From: Candidatus Omnitrophota bacterium
GTDB lineage: Bacteria > Omnitrophota > Omnitrophia > Omnitrophales > Aquincolibacteriaceae
DNA: 64,000 nt
Direction: 5' to 3'
Assembly (NCBI GenBank): GCA_043821445.1
Contig: JBDRCT010000033.1
Location: 69,391-133,390, forward strand
Below are positions 61,284-64,000 of this stretch, in pieces. Position numbers and translations under genes: made by a program. A model generated the notes under the pieces. The model searched no databases and had not been told where the DNA came from. It was given only the letters and a program-made list of their open reading frames with translations. Each line of letters starts with the position of its first letter. The first letter of the stretch is position 1.

Positions 61284-61929
61284 GGGACTTCTCTTTCGCC
61301 GTCGCTGCTAAACGCTTTTCAATCAACTCGACCGCCGTCTCATCGATCACCAACTTCTCTCGCTGCATCACATCAAAAGCTGTGAATTCCGCCGCTGTCT
61401 TGACCTCGATCCGCTCACGCATATTGCGGCTTGCGCGTTTGAGGTTCGGCGTTGCTTCTTTGACCACATAAAGCGCGCGTTTTTTCATGACCGGCAACGC
61501 TTTCGCAATAGCGGCAAATTCTTTCGTCTTTGGCGTCTCGAACTTTACCGCCTCAAGAAGTATCAAGTTCTTTTCTCCCGCACGTTTGCTCAGCATCACT
61601 CTAAGAGCGAGATTACGAATCGTCTTCGATAGATTTACCGTGTAATCTCTCTGATGCGGTCCAAAAACAGTACCGCCACCCACCCAGATCGGAGAGCGAG
61701 TCGAACCGTGACGGGCTCTTCCGGTCCCTTTTTGTTTCCAAGGCTTTTTACCGCCACCGCGCACTTCGCCGCGCGTTTTGGTATCGACGGTCCCTTTGCG
61801 GAGATTGCCCGAATAAGCGTTCCTCACCAGTTCCAAAAGACGCACGTTCGTCCGCATCCCGTAGATCTCAGGATTCAAGACCACCTCTTGTTTCTTCTTA
61901 CCCTCTTTCGAGTAAAGAAGCGCTTTCAT
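61273..61929 (-). CDS. rplD: 50S ribosomal protein L4
   Basis: TKTRGEVRGGGKKPWKQKGTGRARHGS motif. Confidence 0.99.
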   Translation of the reverse strand: MKALLYSKEGKKKQEVVLNPEIYGMRTNVRLLELVRNAYSGNLRKGTVDTKTRGEVRGGGKKPWKQKGTGRARHGSTRSPIWVGGGTVFGPHQRDYTVNLSKTIRNLALRVMLSKRAGEKNLILLEAVKFETPKTKEFAAIAKALPVMKKRALYVVKEATPNLKRASRNMRERIEVKTAAEFTAFDVMQREKLVIDETAVELIEKRLAATAKEKSHEA

Positions 61930-61979
61930 CTTTTATGCCTTTCTTTCGATCCTTAGACCGTTCAACCCAAACTTGATTG

Positions 61980-62729
61980 CTAGGAACTTGCTTTCGTTCC
62001 GTCCTGAGGATTTTCAGCTTTGGAAGTTTCCGAGGAAGTTTCCTTCGGGGACCCCTGCTTACTACTTCTCACTTTCCAGGAACTTTTCTTGCCGCGTTTC
62101 AGCGCACTGCGGATAATCAAGTAACCGCCCTCCGCGCCGGGGACACTGCCGCTCAGAGCGAGAAGATGGTTCTCGGCATCTATTTTCATGATCTTCAGAT
62201 TATGAATACAGATCTTTTCATCGCCCATATGCCCGGGAAGCCCTTTACCCTTGCGAACTTTTTTGCGGCAACCCTTACCACCCGCCATCGAACCAATGCC
62301 GCCTGGGACACGCCCAAACATCGAACCATGCCCAGCGCCCCCGCCTTTGTAATTGAGACGCTTCACAACGCCTTGAAAGCCTTTTCCGATCGAAACGCCT
62401 TCGATATCCACATACTCCCCGACCTCAAAATTCTCCGCACGAAGCTCGTTTCCAACGCTTAAATTCGCAATGTCTTCCGTCCGGATCTCGCGGATAAATC
62501 TTACCGGCGGAACATTCGCCTTGCGAAGCGCGCCCAATTTTGCTTTATTGAGAAGCTTTTCTCTCACAGGATCAAAGCCAAGCTGGATCCCCAGGTATCC
62601 ATGCTTTTCTTTAGTGCGAAGCGCCGTCACAAAACACGGCCCCACCTCAAGCACCGTCACGGGGATCTGCTGGCCCTCCGCGTCGAAGATCTGGGACATT
62701 CCTACTTTTTTACCTAAAAGACCGATCAT
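61980..62729 (-). CDS. rplC: 50S ribosomal protein L3
   Basis: GKKVGMSQ, GKGFQG, PGHMG and GSVPG motifs. Confidence 0.99.
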   Translation of the reverse strand: MIGLLGKKVGMSQIFDAEGQQIPVTVLEVGPCFVTALRTKEKHGYLGIQLGFDPVREKLLNKAKLGALRKANVPPVRFIREIRTEDIANLSVGNELRAENFEVGEYVDIEGVSIGKGFQGVVKRLNYKGGGAGHGSMFGRVPGGIGSMAGGKGCRKKVRKGKGLPGHMGDEKICIHNLKIMKIDAENHLLALSGSVPGAEGGYLIIRSALKRGKKSSWKVRSSKQGSPKETSSETSKAENPQDGTKASS

Positions 62730-62738
62730 AAGTCTCTC

Positions 62739-63053
62739 TTAAAGTTTAATTTCCACATCCACGCCTGCCGGAAGATCGAGTTTCATCAACGCGTCCACGG
62801 TGCGGGAGGTGGGTTCTTCCAGTTCAATAAGACGTTTATGGGTCCGGATCTCGAATTGATCACGCGCTCTTTTGTCGATGTGCGGACCGCGGAGCACCGT
62901 CGTTTTCCAAATATGCGTCGGAAGAGGGATCGGCCCGATCACTTTCGCGCCGGTCTTCTTCGCGGTCCCCACGATCTCCTGCACCGATTGGTCGAGCACG
63001 CGGTGGTCATACGCTTTTAATTTGATTCGGATCTTTTCTTTGGTTTGTGCCAT
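62739..63053 (-). CDS. rpsJ: 30S ribosomal protein S10
   Basis: [17 protein letters not shown] and FEIRTHKR motifs. Confidence 0.99.
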   Translation of the reverse strand: MAQTKEKIRIKLKAYDHRVLDQSVQEIVGTAKKTGAKVIGPIPLPTHIWKTTVLRGPHIDKRARDQFEIRTHKRLIELEEPTSRTVDALMKLDLPAGVDVEIKL

Positions 63054-63059
63054 TTTTCA

Positions 63060-63165
63060 CCCCGTTAGAGGCCTGAACCCCTCGGGCTGTCCTTTTCTTC
63101 TAATTCTACTTTCTTCTTTTTTAAAAATCTTACGCACGCCCCAGGCTGTCAAGCCTCTAGCGGGG
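63060..63165. mobile_element. CCCCGTTA-type MITE-like element in the fusA-rpsJ spacer
   Basis: TIR CCCCGTTAGAGGC / GCCTCTAGCGGGG (1 mismatch), 106 bp, flanks TTCA / TTTA. Confidence 0.85.
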
Positions 63166-63166
63166 T

Positions 63167-64000
63167 TTATCCTGCGATGATCTTTTCTGCGACCATTTTT
63201 GGAACTTCTTGATAAGTGTGCGGCTCCATCGAGTAAGTCGCGCGTCCCTGCGACAAGGAACGGACCGAAGTCGCATAACCGAACATCTCGGAAAGAGGCA
63301 CAAGCCCCTGGATGGCCTTAAGATGGCCACGGTTCGTGAGCTCCTGAATGACGCAACGGCGGGAGTTCAGATCGCCGATGATATCCCCCATGTACTCCTC
63401 GGGAACCAATACCTCCACGAACATGATGGGCTCCAAGAGAACAGGCTTCGCTCTCTTAAAGGCTTCTTTAAAGGCAAAAATTCCGGCCATTTTAAAGGCA
63501 ATTTCCGAAGAGTCAACGTCATGATAGCTTCCGTCATAAACGATGGCCCGGACGTCCGTGACAGGATAGCCGGCCAGCACCCCGTTCGCACAAGCATCTT
63601 CCACCCCGGACTCCACGGCAGGGATGTACTCGCGGGGGATGGAACCGCCCTTTACTTCATCCTCAAATTCGTTTCCGGTGCCGCGAGGAAGAGGTTCGAT
63701 CTTGATGTAGCAATGCCCATACTGTCCGCGACCCCCCGTTTGCTTGATGAATTTCCCTTCGGCCTCTGCCACCGCCCGGATCGTTTCTTTGTAGGCAACC
63801 TGCGGTTTCCCGACATTCACCTGAACGGCATATTCCCGCTTCATGATGTCGACTTTGATCTCTAGATGAAGTTCCCCCATCCCGCCGATCAAGGTTTGAA
63901 CCGTCTCCTGGTCCGTTCTTACACGGAAGGTCGGATCCTCGTTCACAAGCTTACCCAGCGCATCCGACATTTTGTCACGATCCGCTTTAGTCTTGGGCTC
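63167..64000 (-). CDS. fusA: Elongation factor G, C-terminal part (5' end outside the window)
   Basis: [38 protein letters not shown] and GDLNSRR motifs. Confidence 0.99.
   Translation of the reverse strand, partial: EPKTKADRDKMSDALGKLVNEDPTFRVRTDQETVQTLIGGMGELHLEIKVDIMKREYAVQVNVGKPQVAYKETIRAVAEAEGKFIKQTGGRGQYGHCYIKIEPLPRGTGNEFEDEVKGGSIPREYIPAVESGVEDACANGVLAGYPVTDVRAIVYDGSYHDVDSSEIAFKMAGIFAFKEAFKRAKPVLLEPIMFVEVLVPEEYMGDIIGDLNSRRCVIQELTNRGHLKAIQGLVPLSEMFGYATSVRSLSQGRATYSMEPHTYQEVPKMVAEKIIAG

Noticed and set aside
63054-63166. Loss of tuf between fusA and rpsJ caused by the element; also no rpmD between rpsE and rplO
   Set aside because: fusA-rpsJ adjacency and absence of L30 are known in PVC lineages such as Chlamydiae, and no tuf remnant is visible.

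Overview
A 64 kb bacterial core-genome segment with every real gene on the minus strand. In transcription order it holds: the fusA 3' end and the S10/spc/alpha ribosomal protein cluster; an aminotransferase; a shortened mfd; surA-like, pdxA, rsmA, a polyprenyl synthase, rsmI, purN, eno and ftsB-like genes; ilvBNC-leuA; aroE-pilD-aroCKB; dprA, topA and xerC; an LPS/Kdo/heptose cluster; and hldA-kdsB-pyrG-kdsA. The gene order (fusA directly before rpsJ, no rpmD) and an LpxL-ELM1 fusion suggest a PVC-superphylum organism, possibly Ca. Omnitrophota (inference). I found no rRNA, tRNA, CRISPR, prophage or transposase gene. The unusual signal is a dense set of small palindromic insertion elements. 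(1) Eight copies of a 78-85 bp double-hairpin element built as core4-[a7..a7']-core4-[b7..b7']-core4. The 7-bp stems differ between copies yet stay paired, and three 84-bp copies sit in frame inside AroE, WaaA and a ferredoxin. (2) Six 104-127 bp CCCCGTTA...TAACGGGG elements plus a tandem mini-form; two of them rebuild the start codon they hit and one is in frame in a GT9 enzyme. (3) A 225-bp chain of REP-like hairpins in frame in DprA. (4) Six inverted heptamer arrays at gene junctions. The mobilising enzyme is not in this window, so the mechanism is unproven.
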